DNA of 37,757 bases from assembly GCA_025454775.1 (NCBI GenBank), contig JALONU010000006.1, positions 1 through 37,757 of the forward strand, in the 5' to 3' direction. A model generated the notes under the pieces. The model was not told the origin of the DNA. It worked only from the letters and a program-made list of their open reading frames with translations, and ran no database searches. Numbering within the stretch: position 1 is the stretch's first letter; each line of letters begins with the position of its first letter. Position numbers and translations under genes: made by a program. Below are positions 1-11,238 of this stretch, piece by piece. Source of the DNA: Bacteroidales bacterium (GTDB taxonomy: Bacteria > Bacteroidota > Bacteroidia > Bacteroidales > VadinHA17).

Positions 1-2094
1 TTCCTGGGACGATGGAGAGCGACTATTATAATAATAGTGACTATACCGATATCCCTTGTAGTCGCGTTCATTTACCTGTTCATCACGGGAGAGTCCATCA
101 ACATCATCTCGCTAACTTCCCTTTCAATCGCGATCGGTATGGTTGTGGATGATGCGATTGTTGTTCTCGAAAATATTACAAAACATGTCGAGAGGGGAAG
201 TCGTCCAAGGGAAGCAGCCATTTATGCCACAAATGAGGTATGGCTGGCAGTTATTGTTACAACATTAACAGTAGTCGCTGTATTCTTCCCCCTGACATTT
301 GTGTCGGGACTTACAGGTGTTCTCTTCAGACAGCTTGGAATGCTGGTGTCCATAACTATAGTGACATCGGTTATAGCCGCTATTACCCTGACACCGACGA
401 TGAGTGCCCTCCTGCTTAAATGGTACCCCATCAGAACAAATGCACCATGGTACACATACGACGGTTCAATACGCAAAGGGCTTGACAGGTTTGACGGATT
501 CTACGAGAAAACACTTCGCTGGGCGCTTCATCATAAGCGGGTTACAATACTTCTGGCGGTACTTGTATTTGCAGGATCAATGGCACTGTTTATGATCATC
601 GACACCGAATTCTTCCCCCAGGCCGACCAGTCACAGCTGACAGCCACAATAGAGCTCCAGACAGGAACACGTGTTGACGAATCGGTTAAAACCACGGATA
701 AGATAGACAGGCTCATCGCGGAAAAATACCCCGAAGTGAACCTTCTCGAATCATCTACCGGCGTTGATGATGAAAATAATTTCGCTGCCCTGTTCGGAAC
801 CAACGGCACACACATAATCTCATACTCCATGAGGCTGGTTCCGATTGAAGAAAGGGAGAAGGATGCTAACACCCTTGCAGAGGAGCTTAGAACCGATCTT
901 GCCAGGATACCTGAGATTATCGACTTTTCGGTGAGCACTTCCGAAGGCATGAGCGCATTCGGATCAAATACCGTCGATGTGGAGGTATATGGCTACAATA
1001 TTGCTGAAACCAACATCGTGGCAGAACAGCTTGCCTCAAAAATCAGGAAGATCCAGGGCGCCAAAGATGTAACGATCAGCCGCGACAAATCAAAACCTGA
1101 GCTTCAGATAATCCTTGACCAGGACAAGATGAGCTCCACCGGGCTTAATACAGCGCTGGTGTCAACGGCGATCAAGAACAGGGTGGCCGGCCTCACTGCA
1201 ACAAGACTGCGCCAGTCGGGCGATGAATACGATGTGATCGTAAGATTCAGGGAATCAGACCGCAGCACGCTTTCAGATATACAAAATATAGGGATACCTA
1301 ATCAGAGAGGCCAGTTAATACGTCTTGGTGAGATTGCACAGATCAAGGAATACTGGGCTCCCCCGACGATAGAGAGAAAAAGACGGGAAAGGATAGTTAC
1401 AGTCTCCTTCACTCCATACAAGAGGTCGCTCACCGAGCTGCAGACCGAGGTTCAGAAAGCTATAAATGAAACCCAGGCTCCCACAGGTGTCATGGTTCAG
1501 ATCTCAGGTGCCATAGAAGATCAGATGGAGTCCTTCATGGATCTCTCCTTTCTTCTGATGGTGAGCCTTATCCTGGTTTACCTTGTGATGGCATCCCAGT
1601 TTGAGTCGCTGAAAATGCCTCTGATAATAATGTTCTCAATACCCTTTGCATTTTCAGGGGTTGCCATTGCACTGTTCCTGACAAACACAACACTCAGTGT
1701 GATATCCGGGATCGGGGCTGTTATGCTTATAGGTATAGTGGTTAAGAATGCTATCGTGCTTGTCGACTTCATCAACCTCATGAGGGAAAGAGGTAATGAA
1801 CTGTACGAGGCCATTGCACTTTCCGGGAGGTCTAGGCTCAGGCCTGTAATAATGACTTCGGCAACAACCATTCTGGGCATGCTGCCGCTGGCGATGAGCA
1901 AGGGATCAGGTTCCGAATTATGGAGCCCCATGGGTATTGCCGTCATCGGAGGACTTATTTTCTCAACACTTGTTACGCTTGTGCTGGTACCCGTCATCTA
2001 CGCTGTTTTTGCAAGACGAGGTGAACGGAACAAGCATATCGTTGATTACAAGGAGCTGTCTTTTCTGAACGGTGCTGACAGTGTATCGAAATAA
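1..2094 (+). CDS. RND efflux transporter permease (AcrB/AcrD/AcrF family), 5'-truncated by window edge
   Basis: Frame is open from base 1 (FLGRWRATIIIIVTIPISL). Contains GMVVDDAIVVLEN, GIVVKNAIVLVD and RLRPVIMTS motifs plus many TM helices. Confidence 0.95.
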   Translation, partial: FLGRWRATIIIIVTIPISLVVAFIYLFITGESINIISLTSLSIAIGMVVDDAIVVLENITKHVERGSRPREAAIYATNEVWLAVIVTTLTVVAVFFPLTFVSGLTGVLFRQLGMLVSITIVTSVIAAITLTPTMSALLLKWYPIRTNAPWYTYDGSIRKGLDRFDGFYEKTLRWALHHKRVTILLAVLVFAGSMALFMIIDTEFFPQADQSQLTATIELQTGTRVDESVKTTDKIDRLIAEKYPEVNLLESSTGVDDENNFAALFGTNGTHIISYSMRLVPIEEREKDANTLAEELRTDLARIPEIIDFSVSTSEGMSAFGSNTVDVEVYGYNIAETNIVAEQLASKIRKIQGAKDVTISRDKSKPELQIILDQDKMSSTGLNTALVSTAIKNRVAGLTATRLRQSGDEYDVIVRFRESDRSTLSDIQNIGIPNQRGQLIRLGEIAQIKEYWAPPTIERKRRERIVTVSFTPYKRSLTELQTEVQKAINETQAPTGVMVQISGAIEDQMESFMDLSFLLMVSLILVYLVMASQFESLKMPLIIMFSIPFAFSGVAIALFLTNTTLSVISGIGAVMLIGIVVKNAIVLVDFINLMRERGNELYEAIALSGRSRLRPVIMTSATTILGMLPLAMSKGSGSELWSPMGIAVIGGLIFSTLVTLVLVPVIYAVFARRGERNKHIVDYKELSFLNGADSVSK

Positions 2095-2106
2095 TGACTT
2101 AATCAG

Positions 2107-2406
2107 ATGAAGATGAAAGCAATAATGATAATATACAACCAGGCAAACACCGAGAAGGTGGAGTATATGCTCGACAAGCTTGGAATAAGAGGTTATTCGT
2201 TGTGGGAAAATGTTCAGGGACGGGGAACGAACACAGGTGTACCCCACCTTGGCACACATGCATGGCCGGAGATCAATAAAAGCGTCCTTGCCGTTGTAGA
2301 GGACGAATTGGTGGATAAAGTTCTTGAAACGGTAAAGAAGATCGATGCCATTAACGAAGAAGTCGGCATCAGGGCATTCGTGTGGGATATACTGAAGACA
2401 GTATGA
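2107..2406 (+). CDS. Small P-II-like transporter-associated protein (PG0541-like)
   Basis: 99 aa, 12 nt after the RND stop. LDKLGIRGYSLWENVQGRG...HLGTHAWP resembles the GlnB-like beta/T-loop region. Confidence 0.75.
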   Translation: MKMKAIMIIYNQANTEKVEYMLDKLGIRGYSLWENVQGRGTNTGVPHLGTHAWPEINKSVLAVVEDELVDKVLETVKKIDAINEEVGIRAFVWDILKTV

Positions 2407-2411
2407 ATTAA

Positions 2412-2498
2412 GTAGGAAGGGCGTTGCACGCAACGCCCCCTTCCACCCAAACGGTATTGTATTAATTGTTGTGGGGGCGTTGCATGCAACGCCCCTGC
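2412..2498. repeat. Pair of GTAG-type REP-like palindromes between convergent genes
   Basis: GGGCGTTGCACGCAACGCCC (2419-2438) and perfect 22-bp palindrome GGGGCGTTGCATGCAACGCCCC (2474-2495), separated by an AT-rich spacer. Confidence 0.75.
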
Positions 2499-2503
2499 AG
2501 TTT

Positions 2504-4660
2504 CTATTCTTCCTCTTCTTCTTCGGTGTATGCCTTGATGACGGCTTCCTGGACGTCGCCGGGAACCTGGGCATACTCCAGGAATTTCATCGTGTACATC
2601 GCACGGCCTCCGGTAATGGAGCTGAGAGCAGTCGAATACTTGTTCATCTCGGCAAGCGGAACCCTGGCCTTGATAACCTCGAACCTCTTTTCACTCGACA
2701 TCCCGAGAACCATTCCCCTGCGTCCCTGAAGGTCGCTTATCACATCACCCATCCTGTCGGAGGGGACCATAATCTCAACTTCATAGACCGGCTCCAGGAT
2801 CTTCGGATTTGCTGTTTTAAATGCCTGGCTGAAGGCATTTCTGCCTGCCAGCCTGAACGATATTTCGTTGGAATCAACAGGGTGCATCTTGCCGTCGTAC
2901 ACATATACCCTGATGTCACGTGCATATGATCCGGTAAGAGGGCCAACCTCCATCTTCTCCATTATCCCCTTGAGAATCGCAGGCATGAACCTTGCATCAA
3001 TGGACCCGCCAACAATGCAATTGCAATAGATGAGCTTGCCTCCCCAGTCGAGTTCAATCTCATCTTTACCCCTTACAGAGATCTTCATCTCTTTGCCACC
3101 GATCTTAAAAGTAGCCATTTCAGCAGATCCTTCTTCGTAAGGTTCTATAATCATGTGTACCTCCCCAAACTGACCGGCACCTCCCGACTGTTTCTTGTGG
3201 CGGTAATCAGCCTGTGCTGACTTGGTGATGGTCTCGCGGTATGGGATCTTTGGAGCATTGAAATTCGTGGGTATCCTGTAGATATTGTCAAGATGCCATT
3301 TCATTATATTAAGGTGATATTCACCCTGGCCATGTACGATTATCTGTTTCAGCTCCTTTGAATACTCTATTATTATCGTGGGATCCTCCAGGTGTATCTT
3401 GTTAAGGGCTTCACCAAGCTTCTCATCATCGCTTTCACTCTGAGCCTTTATGGCTGTCCTGTACTTGGGATCCGGGAATTTCACTCCTTCATACCTCCAG
3501 TCGTTGCCCGGGGCATTCAGGGTATGATCCATCTTGGTGTTCTTCAGTTTTACAAATGCACCAATGTCGCCGGGATACAGCTCCGGAACCCTGGTCCTGT
3601 TCTTCCCGGCACATACGTAAAGCTGGGAAAGCCTTTCCTTGGTGCTGTTGTTGCTGTTGATCACGTCCAGGTTCTCGGTGATCCTGCCGGAGTAAACCCT
3701 GAAATAGTTTATTTCGCCGATGTGTTCCTCAATGGATGACTTGAAAACATACACCGAAGCTGGTCCGCTCGATTCGGGTTTGACCACGTTGCCCTTGCTG
3801 TTCCTGGGGGCAGGCATATCGGTAATTGAAGGAGCTTCGCTGAGGATGAACTCCATCAGGTCGTCGACACCTATGTTCTGTTTTGCCGATATGCAGAAAA
3901 CGGGGTGCATGCCGCGGCTCAGGAGACCTTTGGCAATCCCTTTCCTGATCTCGCTCTCAGTGAGCGTGTTGTTTGCAAAAAACAGCTCCATCAGCGCTTC
4001 ATCGCTCTCTGCGGCCTTCTCCACAAGGGCATTGTGCAGTTCCTCAGCCTTGTCTTTCTGATCAGCAGGGATATCGAGGATCTCTGCTTTTCCTCCGTCC
4101 TTTCCGTAGCGAAGCATCTTCATCTTCAGTACATCGACAACTGCATTGAACCCAACTCCTTCGTTAACAGGATACTGAATGAGGATCATGTCTGTGCTGA
4201 GCCTCTCTTTCATCATTTCCACCGATTTCTCGAAATTGGCTTTTTCATGATCAAGGCCATTCACAGCTATGATTACAGGCTTATTCACCTTCTCTGCATG
4301 CCTGAAGTGAATTTCTGTTCCGACCTCAACTCCGTTCTGGACATTGATGAGCAGCAGGGCGCAGTCTGAAGCATAAAGCGACGAAATAACTCCTCCGCTG
4401 AAGTCATCCAGACCAGGGGTATCAAGAATGTTGATCTTTTTGTTCTGGAACTCGGTGTACATCACCGTGGAGAAGATCGAGTTGCCGTTCTCATGTTCTA
4501 TGGGGCGGTAGTCGGAAACAGTATTTTTCCCTTCGATTGTTCCTCTCCGCTCAATAACACCTCCGTTAAAGAGCATCGCTTCCGCCAGGATCGTTTTCCC
4601 GGAACCTGAATTGCCAAGGAGCACGATGCTCTTTATCTGGTCTGTCTGGTATGTCTTCAT
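2504..4660 (-). CDS. fusA2: Elongation factor G paralogue (EF-G2 / FusA2)
   Basis: 718 aa with EF-G domain order (RVYSG, KKQSGGAGQFG, YDGKMHPVDS, ILEPVYEVEI). G-motifs are altered (GNSGSGKT, DTPGL, NGLD) and domain IV has an insertion. Confidence 0.9.
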   Translation of the reverse strand: MKTYQTDQIKSIVLLGNSGSGKTILAEAMLFNGGVIERRGTIEGKNTVSDYRPIEHENGNSIFSTVMYTEFQNKKINILDTPGLDDFSGGVISSLYASDCALLLINVQNGVEVGTEIHFRHAEKVNKPVIIAVNGLDHEKANFEKSVEMMKERLSTDMILIQYPVNEGVGFNAVVDVLKMKMLRYGKDGGKAEILDIPADQKDKAEELHNALVEKAAESDEALMELFFANNTLTESEIRKGIAKGLLSRGMHPVFCISAKQNIGVDDLMEFILSEAPSITDMPAPRNSKGNVVKPESSGPASVYVFKSSIEEHIGEINYFRVYSGRITENLDVINSNNSTKERLSQLYVCAGKNRTRVPELYPGDIGAFVKLKNTKMDHTLNAPGNDWRYEGVKFPDPKYRTAIKAQSESDDEKLGEALNKIHLEDPTIIIEYSKELKQIIVHGQGEYHLNIMKWHLDNIYRIPTNFNAPKIPYRETITKSAQADYRHKKQSGGAGQFGEVHMIIEPYEEGSAEMATFKIGGKEMKISVRGKDEIELDWGGKLIYCNCIVGGSIDARFMPAILKGIMEKMEVGPLTGSYARDIRVYVYDGKMHPVDSNEISFRLAGRNAFSQAFKTANPKILEPVYEVEIMVPSDRMGDVISDLQGRRGMVLGMSSEKRFEVIKARVPLAEMNKYSTALSSITGGRAMYTMKFLEYAQVPGDVQEAVIKAYTEEEEEE

Positions 4661-4714
4661 AATTGTATGTTATTATATGATATACTTATTTCTTAATTCC
4701 ATCCCACCATCTCT

Positions 4715-4820
4715 GACCTTCCCAAGTACCTCGCGGCATGCCGGCCCTTCGGTAAAATAGCCCACCGGGCTATTTTTTAACACTCGGGCCTCCCCCAGGG
4801 GGGAACCGGGAAGGGGGGTC
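4715..4820. repeat. Composite REP-like hairpin element in the fusA2 5' region
   Basis: Outer arms GACCTTCCC (4715-4723) / GGGAAGGGGGGTC (4808-4820), GGCCC/GGGCC, inner AAAATAGCCC-ACC-GGGCTATTTT (4754-4776), and TCCCCCAGGGGGGA. Confidence 0.6.
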
Positions 4821-4863
4821 TGTATTACTTTAAATCATATTAAACTCCCCTGTCAGGAGGTGG

Positions 4864-4871
4864 CAAAAATA
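4864..4871 (-). promoter_or_regulatory. Putative Bacteroidota -7 promoter element for fusA2
   Basis: Minus strand reads TATTTTTG (TAnnTTTG). No clear TTTG -33 element. Confidence 0.4.
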
Positions 4872-5145
4872 GCAAATTTTTAAAAACTGTTTAAGAAAGA
4901 GTATGTAATTGGGAAATTTTTATTTCCTTTGCACCAGTTTTTTGAAACGCAGGAGTACCGGTTTTTCCTTCCAGGGTAAGTTTATAAAACGTTTTTCTTC
5001 GGGAAGAGTCGGGAAGTCACCTGTTCATAACTTACAAAAAGTTAGATCAGACATAGTTTCAAAAATTGCTCAAAGCCTGAATCATATTATTTCAGGATAA
5101 GGTTTTACGCGCATTTACCAGTGTTTGAGAAAAATATTGAAACAG

Positions 5146-5178
5146 TTTGCAGATAATGAAATAAAATCAATACCTTTG
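5146..5178 (+). promoter_or_regulatory. Bacteroidota primary-sigma promoter of the ribosomal cluster
   Basis: TTTG (5146-5149), 21-nt spacer, TACCTTTG (5171-5178), about 45 nt upstream of the rpsL ATG. Confidence 0.8.
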
Positions 5179-5222
5179 CAGACCTTTTTTTAAGTGATTT
5201 TTAATACTAAACAATAGCAAAT

Positions 5223-5597
5223 ATGCCGACAATTCAGCAGTTAGTAAGAAAAGGCAGGAAGAAACTGGTTGACAAAAGCAAAGCTCCCGCCCTCGATTCA
5301 TGTCCTCAGAGAAGGGGTGTCTGTGTCAGGGTTTACACGACAACACCCAAAAAGCCAAACTCGGCAATGAGGAAGGTTGCCAGGGTAAGGCTTACAAACC
5401 AGAAGGAAGTGAACGCATACATCCCGGGCGAAGGCCATAACCTCCAGGAACACTCCATAGTTCTCATCAGGGGCGGCAGGGTAAAAGACCTCCCTGGAGT
5501 CCGCTATCACCTCGTCCGTGGTGCTCTTGATACCTCCGGCGTTGACGGCCGGACACAGAGAAGGTCAAAGTACGGCGCAAAAAGGCCGAAAAAGTAA
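5223..5597 (+). CDS. rpsL: 30S ribosomal protein S12
   Basis: [33 protein letters not shown]. Confidence 0.99.
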   Translation: MPTIQQLVRKGRKKLVDKSKAPALDSCPQRRGVCVRVYTTTPKKPNSAMRKVARVRLTNQKEVNAYIPGEGHNLQEHSIVLIRGGRVKDLPGVRYHLVRGALDTSGVDGRTQRRSKYGAKRPKK

Positions 5598-5615
5598 CAC
5601 TAAAGGAATAAGATA

Positions 5616-6092
5616 ATGAGAAAATCAAAACCAAAGAAGAGGATTCTGTTACCGGATCCCAAGTATAAGGATCCCTATGTAACAAGGTTTGTCAATAATC
5701 TTATGTTCAACGGCAAGAAATCAATCGCCTACCAGATATTCTACGACTCGCTTGATATAGTTGGTGACAAGTTCAAGAGCGAAGGAAAATCCGCGCTCGA
5801 GATTTTCAAGCAGGCCCTCGAGAATGTTACGCCCCAGGTCGAAGTTAAGGCCCGGCGCGTAGGAGGTGCAACATTCCAGGTCCCGATGGAAATCAGGCCC
5901 GACCGTAAGGTCAGCATCAGCATGAAAAACATGATCTCCTTTGCACGCAAGAGAACCGGCCATTCAATGGCAGAGAGGCTGGCCGCTGAGCTGATGGCTG
6001 CATACAAACTCGAGGGAGGTGCCTATAAGAAAAAGGAAGATACCCACAGGATGGCAGAAGCCAACAAGGCTTTCGCACATTTCCGCTTCTGA
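5616..6092 (+). CDS. rpsG: 30S ribosomal protein S7
   Basis: [26 protein letters not shown]. Confidence 0.99.
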   Translation: MRKSKPKKRILLPDPKYKDPYVTRFVNNLMFNGKKSIAYQIFYDSLDIVGDKFKSEGKSALEIFKQALENVTPQVEVKARRVGGATFQVPMEIRPDRKVSISMKNMISFARKRTGHSMAERLAAELMAAYKLEGGAYKKKEDTHRMAEANKAFAHFRF

Positions 6093-6114
6093 TAACGGCA
6101 TTTGGCGGCAGTAA

Positions 6115-8217
6115 ATGGATAAGAATCTGAAATATACCAGGAACATCGGGATCATGGCCCACATCGATGCCGGTAAGACCACCACTACAGAACGCATTCT
6201 GTTCTATACCGGTCGTACCCATCGCATGGGTGAGGTCCATGACGGAAATGCCCAGATGGACTGGATGGTTCAGGAACAGGAGAGAGGAATTACAATTACT
6301 TCAGCCGCCACAACTGCCTTCTGGAAATACAATGGTGAGGAATTCAAGATAAACATCATCGATACTCCCGGGCACGTAGACTTTACGGTTGAGGTGGAAA
6401 GATCGCTCAGGATACTCGACGGAGCTGTGGCTGTCTTCTGTGCCGTCGGCGGTGTTGAACCACAGTCGGAAACAGTATGGCGCCAGGCAAACAAATACGG
6501 CGTTCCAAGATTAGCCTTTGTCAATAAAATGGACCGCGCTGGTGCTGACTTTTACAGTGTCGTGCACCAGATAAGGGAGAAGCTCGGCTCAAACCCGGTT
6601 CCCGTACAGATACCGATCGGCGCAGAGGAGAACTTCCTTGGAATGGTCGACCTTATACAGATGAAAGCCATCGTCTACAATGACGATGAGACTCTCGGAA
6701 CAAAATTCGATATACTGGAAGTGCCGGAGGATATGCGTGAGGAAGCAGAGGAATGGAGAGGCAAACTCGTTGAGGCAGTTGCCGAAGTTGATGACACCCT
6801 GCTCGCACGCTATGTCGAAGACCATGAGTCGATAACTCCCGAAGAGATTAAGACAGCCCTCAGAAAAGTTTCAATCGCAGGTCATGCAGTACCGGTGATT
6901 TGCGGAGCTGCCTTCAAGAACAAGGGTATTCAGAACCTTCTCGATGCGGTTATTGAATTCCTTCCATCACCCGTCGACATAGGCGCAGTGACAGGCAGGG
7001 ATCCCAGGACTGATGAGGAAATCACACGCGAACCCGACGATGAAGCTCCCATGGCAGCCCTTGCCTTCAAGATAGCCACCGATCCGTTTGTCGGCAGACT
7101 TGTATATCTCCGTATCTATTCAGGTATTCTTCATGCAGGAGATACTGTCCTGAACGTCAGGACAGGAAAGAGGGAAAGGATAAACCGCCTTTACCAGATG
7201 CATGCCAACAAGCAGAATCCGAGGGAAAGCATCTCTGCCGGCGATATATGCGGAGGGGTCGGCTTCAAGGACCTCAAGACTGGAGATACACTTTGTGCAA
7301 TACACAAGCCCATTGTTCTTGAATCGATGGACTTCCCGGAACCTGTGATCGGAGTGGCAATAGAACCAAGAACACAGGCCGATATAGATAAACTGGGGCT
7401 CGCACTGAACAAGCTTGCCGAGGAGGATCCGACTTTCCAGGTAAAAACTGATCCCGACAGCGGGCAGACTGTGATAAGCGGGATGGGTGAACTTCACCTC
7501 GAGATACTTATCGACAGGCTCAGGAGGGAATTCAATGTGGAATGCAACCAGGGCCCGCCGCAGGTTGCGTACAAGGAGGCCATTACAACTTCTGCCGAAT
7601 TCCGCGAGGTCTTTAAGAAACAGACCGGGGGAAGAGGCAAGTTTGCTGATATTACCGTGGAGCTTTCTCCCGCGGACGAAGGTGTCAGGGGTCTCCAGTT
7701 TGTTAATGAAGTTAAGGGAGGCAATGTACCGAGGGAGTATATCCCTTCAGTAGAGAAGGGTTTCCGCGAATCGATGTCGAACGGACCCCTTGCAGGATTC
7801 CCTGTAGAGAGCTTAAAAGTAATATTAAAAGACGGTTCGTACCATCCGGTTGACTCCGATGCCCTCGCGTTTGAGATTGCTGCCAAGCAGGCATTCAGGC
7901 GTTTTGCAGGTAAATGCAATCCGGTATTGCTGGAGCCCATCATGCTCACGGAAGTAGTTACTCCCGAGGAATATGTGGGTGATGTGATCAGCGATTTCAA
8001 CAGGCGGAGAGGCAAAGTGGAGGGTATGGAATCGAAAGCAGGTGCAAGGGTAATCAGGGCAAAAGTACCGCTGGCAGAAAAATTCGGCTATGTTACCGTA
8101 CTCCGTACCCTTACCTCCGGAAGAGCAACTTCAACCATGGAGTTCTCTCACTACGAGGAGGTGCCTGAAGAAATAGCTAACAGAATTGTCGAAATCACAA
8201 AAGGAAAAATTCTTTAA
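6115..8217 (+). CDS. fusA: Elongation factor G (canonical)
   Basis: [27 protein letters not shown]; position in the str operon. Confidence 0.99.
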   Translation: MDKNLKYTRNIGIMAHIDAGKTTTTERILFYTGRTHRMGEVHDGNAQMDWMVQEQERGITITSAATTAFWKYNGEEFKINIIDTPGHVDFTVEVERSLRILDGAVAVFCAVGGVEPQSETVWRQANKYGVPRLAFVNKMDRAGADFYSVVHQIREKLGSNPVPVQIPIGAEENFLGMVDLIQMKAIVYNDDETLGTKFDILEVPEDMREEAEEWRGKLVEAVAEVDDTLLARYVEDHESITPEEIKTALRKVSIAGHAVPVICGAAFKNKGIQNLLDAVIEFLPSPVDIGAVTGRDPRTDEEITREPDDEAPMAALAFKIATDPFVGRLVYLRIYSGILHAGDTVLNVRTGKRERINRLYQMHANKQNPRESISAGDICGGVGFKDLKTGDTLCAIHKPIVLESMDFPEPVIGVAIEPRTQADIDKLGLALNKLAEEDPTFQVKTDPDSGQTVISGMGELHLEILIDRLRREFNVECNQGPPQVAYKEAITTSAEFREVFKKQTGGRGKFADITVELSPADEGVRGLQFVNEVKGGNVPREYIPSVEKGFRESMSNGPLAGFPVESLKVILKDGSYHPVDSDALAFEIAAKQAFRRFAGKCNPVLLEPIMLTEVVTPEEYVGDVISDFNRRRGKVEGMESKAGARVIRAKVPLAEKFGYVTVLRTLTSGRATSTMEFSHYEEVPEEIANRIVEITKGKIL

Positions 8218-8219
8218 CA

Positions 8220-8525
8220 ATGAGTCAGAAAATTCGTATCAAACTGAAATCCTACGATCACAACCTGGTGGATAAGTCTGCCGAGAAGATCGTTAAGACG
8301 GTTAAATCAACCGGCGCAGTTGTGAGCGGGCCTATCCCTCTTCCGACGCACAAAAAGATCTACACTGTCCTCAGGTCGCCGTTCGTGAACAAGAAGGCCA
8401 GGGAACAGTTCCAGCTTTCATCGTACAAAAGGCTGCTCGATATCTACAGTTCGACACCAAAGACGATAGATGCCCTTATGAAGCTCGAACTTCCCAGCGG
8501 AGTCGAAGTTGAAATTAAAGTGTGA
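8220..8525 (+). CDS. rpsJ: 30S ribosomal protein S10
   Basis: [32 protein letters not shown]. Confidence 0.99.
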   Translation: MSQKIRIKLKSYDHNLVDKSAEKIVKTVKSTGAVVSGPIPLPTHKKIYTVLRSPFVNKKAREQFQLSSYKRLLDIYSSTPKTIDALMKLELPSGVEVEIKV

Positions 8526-8546
8526 AACCGGTAAAGATATACAGAG

Positions 8547-9167
8547 ATGCAGGGACTAATAGGTAAAAAGGTGGGCATGACTTCTCTCTTCGACGAGGAA
8601 GGGAAGAATGTTGCTTGCACTGTTCTGCAGGCCGGCCCGTGTGTAGTCACACAGATCAAGACAGTTGATAAGGACGGCTATTATGCAGTACAGCTCGGTT
8701 TTGAGGACAAGAAGGAAAAACACTCCACAAAAGCTGAAACCGGACATTTCAAAAAATCCGGAACGGCTCCCAAGAAGAAAGTCGTCGAGTTCACAGGCTT
8801 TGCAGAAGGCCAGGTAAAGGAAGGCGAAGTGCTTACGGCCGAATTCTTCAGACCCGACAACTGGGTCGATGTCAGGGGATGGTCAAAGGGAAAAGGTTTC
8901 CAGGGCGTCGTGAGAAGGCATGGTTTCAGCGGTGTGGGCGGACAGACCCACGGCCAGCATAACAGGGGAAGAGCTCCCGGTTCAATGGGCGCTTCATCAT
9001 TCCCTTCAAGGGTGCTTCCCGGTATGAGAATGGCAGGCCGGATGGGAAATAACAAGGTGATGTCTATCAGCATGAAGGTGATGAAGCTTATGCCTGAAAA
9101 TAATATACTTATAGTGAGAGGATCAGTTCCCGGTCCGAAAGGTGGTTACGTAATAATTACAAAATAA
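8547..9167 (+). CDS. rplC: 50S ribosomal protein L3
   Basis: [26 protein letters not shown]. Confidence 0.99.
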   Translation: MQGLIGKKVGMTSLFDEEGKNVACTVLQAGPCVVTQIKTVDKDGYYAVQLGFEDKKEKHSTKAETGHFKKSGTAPKKKVVEFTGFAEGQVKEGEVLTAEFFRPDNWVDVRGWSKGKGFQGVVRRHGFSGVGGQTHGQHNRGRAPGSMGASSFPSRVLPGMRMAGRMGNNKVMSISMKVMKLMPENNILIVRGSVPGPKGGYVIITK

Positions 9168-9796
9168 TGGAACTAGCTGTTGTTAATATTAATGGTAAGG
9201 AAACCGGAAGGAAAGTTAAGCTTAACGATTCCATTTTCGGTATAGAGCCCAACGACCACGCTATCTACCTTGACACAAGGCAGTACATGGCAAACCAGCG
9301 CCAGGGCACACACAAGGCCAAGGAGCGCGGCGAAGTTGAAGCCAGTACCAGGAAGATAAAGAGGCAGAAGGGGACAGGTACAGCACGTGCCGGCAGCCTT
9401 AAGAACCCTGTCTTCAGGGGAGGCGGCAGGATCTTCGGACCGAGACCAAGGTACTACGGATTCAAACTTAACAGGAAAGTGAAGGAACTGGCAAGGAAAT
9501 CAGCACTTTCGTACAAGGCTTCGTCAAATAATATTATTATCGTCGAGGACTTCTCTCTCGAAGCTCCGAAAACGAAGGAAATGGTCAAAATGGAAGCGAA
9601 TCTGAATATTGCAGATAAAAAATCGCTGTTTGTTTTACCAGAACAAAATAAAAATATATATTTGTCAGCCCGAAATACGCAAGGGGTTGAAGTTGTAACA
9701 GCCAGTGAGTTAAACACTTATGAGATTATGAAGGCTTCGACTCTGGTGCTTGTGGAGAGCGCAATTGACGTTTTGCAGGCAACTTTTGAAAACTAG
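9167..9796 (+). CDS. rplD: 50S ribosomal protein L4
   Basis: [31 protein letters not shown]. Confidence 0.99.
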   Translation: MELAVVNINGKETGRKVKLNDSIFGIEPNDHAIYLDTRQYMANQRQGTHKAKERGEVEASTRKIKRQKGTGTARAGSLKNPVFRGGGRIFGPRPRYYGFKLNRKVKELARKSALSYKASSNNIIIVEDFSLEAPKTKEMVKMEANLNIADKKSLFVLPEQNKNIYLSARNTQGVEVVTASELNTYEIMKASTLVLVESAIDVLQATFEN

Positions 9797-9809
9797 AAAA
9801 AACTGAGTG

Positions 9810-10100
9810 ATGAATATTCTGCTTAAACCGATTGTAACGGAAAAAATGACAAAACAGGGCGATACTCATAATCGCTATGGCTTTGTCGTTGCCAGAAACG
9901 CAAACAAACTGCAGATAAAAAAGGCCGTAGAGGAACTTTATGGTGTTACTGTCGCTGAAGTCAATACCATGCGCTATGGCGGAAAAGTGAAGACCCGGAA
10001 TACCAAATCTGGCCTACTCGTGGGCAAAACAGTCTCCGTTAAAAAAGCTGTTATCACTCTCGCGGAAGGCAGTAAGATAGATTTCTATAGCAATATTTAA
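9810..10100 (+). CDS. rplW: 50S ribosomal protein L23
   Basis: [28 protein letters not shown] at 9810 preferred; GTG at 9807 is an alternative. Confidence 0.98.
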   Translation: MNILLKPIVTEKMTKQGDTHNRYGFVVARNANKLQIKKAVEELYGVTVAEVNTMRYGGKVKTRNTKSGLLVGKTVSVKKAVITLAEGSKIDFYSNI

Positions 10101-10108
10101 CGAACAAT

Positions 10109-10933
10109 ATGGCAGTCAGAAAGATCAAACCTGTAACACCAGGTCAGAGAAACAAGATCGTAAGTGCTTTTGACAACATCACCAGCACGACGCCGGAGAA
10201 ATCCCTCCTCCGACCGCACCGCAAATCAGGAGGAAGGAATGTTAACGGCCACAGGACTATGAGGTACATCGGAGGCGGTCATAAAAAGATGTACAGGGTC
10301 ATCGATTTTCAGAGGAACAAAGATGACATCCATGCAACGGTAAAATCAATAGAGTACGATCCCAACAGGTCATCAAGGATCGCACTCGTTGTTTATGAGG
10401 ATGGCGAAAAGAGATATATCGTCGCCCCGCAGGGCTTGCAGGTAGGACATAAGATCCTTTCCGGGAAGACTGCCACGCCGGAAATCGGTAACACAATGTA
10501 CCTGAGCGATATTCCGCTTGGTACCATAGTTCATAATATAGAGCTCAAGCCGGGTAAGGGCGCCGCCATGGCAAGGAGCGCAGGAACCTATGCCCAGCTG
10601 TCGGCACGCGAAGGTAAATACGCCATTATCAAGCTTCCTTCGGGAGAAACGAGGATGGTCCTTACCGAATGCCGGGCAACGATAGGCACTGTTTCAAATG
10701 CCGACCACAACCTTGAGAAATCGGGAAAGGCCGGACGCTCACGCTGGCAGGGACGCCGTCCCCGCACAAGAGGTGTTGTGATGAATCCCGTTGACCACCC
10801 TATGGGAGGCGGCGAAGGACGTGCATCAGGAGGCCACCCGCGCTCACGAAAGGGCATACCTGCAAAAGGCTTCAAGACAAGAGACAGGAAAAAGTATTCC
10901 GCAAAACACATATTGGAGAGAAGGAAAAAATAA
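10109..10933 (+). CDS. rplB: 50S ribosomal protein L2
   Basis: [24 protein letters not shown]. Confidence 0.99.
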   Translation: MAVRKIKPVTPGQRNKIVSAFDNITSTTPEKSLLRPHRKSGGRNVNGHRTMRYIGGGHKKMYRVIDFQRNKDDIHATVKSIEYDPNRSSRIALVVYEDGEKRYIVAPQGLQVGHKILSGKTATPEIGNTMYLSDIPLGTIVHNIELKPGKGAAMARSAGTYAQLSAREGKYAIIKLPSGETRMVLTECRATIGTVSNADHNLEKSGKAGRSRWQGRRPRTRGVVMNPVDHPMGGGEGRASGGHPRSRKGIPAKGFKTRDRKKYSAKHILERRKK

Positions 10934-10943
10934 CTGATTTACT

Positions 10944-11207
10944 ATGAGCAGATCGATTAAAAAAGGACCTTTTATTGAATTTAAGCTTGAGAAGAGAGTT
11001 CTTGAGATGAATGACAGCGGGAAAAAATCAGTCATCAAGACATGGTCAAGAAGATCGGTTATTTCACCCGACTTTGTCGGACATACCATAGCAGTTCATA
11101 ACGGAAACAAATTCATCCCTGTTTACATCACCGAGAACATGGTTGGCCATAAGCTCGGGGAATTTGCTCCCACACGTACCTTCAGGGGTCACTCGGGAAA
11201 TAAATAA
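10944..11207 (+). CDS. rpsS: 30S ribosomal protein S19
   Basis: [30 protein letters not shown]. Confidence 0.99.
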   Translation: MSRSIKKGPFIEFKLEKRVLEMNDSGKKSVIKTWSRRSVISPDFVGHTIAVHNGNKFIPVYITENMVGHKLGEFAPTRTFRGHSGNK

Positions 11208-11238
11208 CAGGTGTAAACACTGAAAAATCATTACAGCA

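Noticed and set aside
4909-5100. 63-aa ORF upstream of rpsL
   Set aside because: TTG start in AT-rich promoter DNA with no recognisable motif.
8217-8220. tuf absent after fusA
   Set aside because: Normal gene order in Bacteroidota; tuf is encoded elsewhere.
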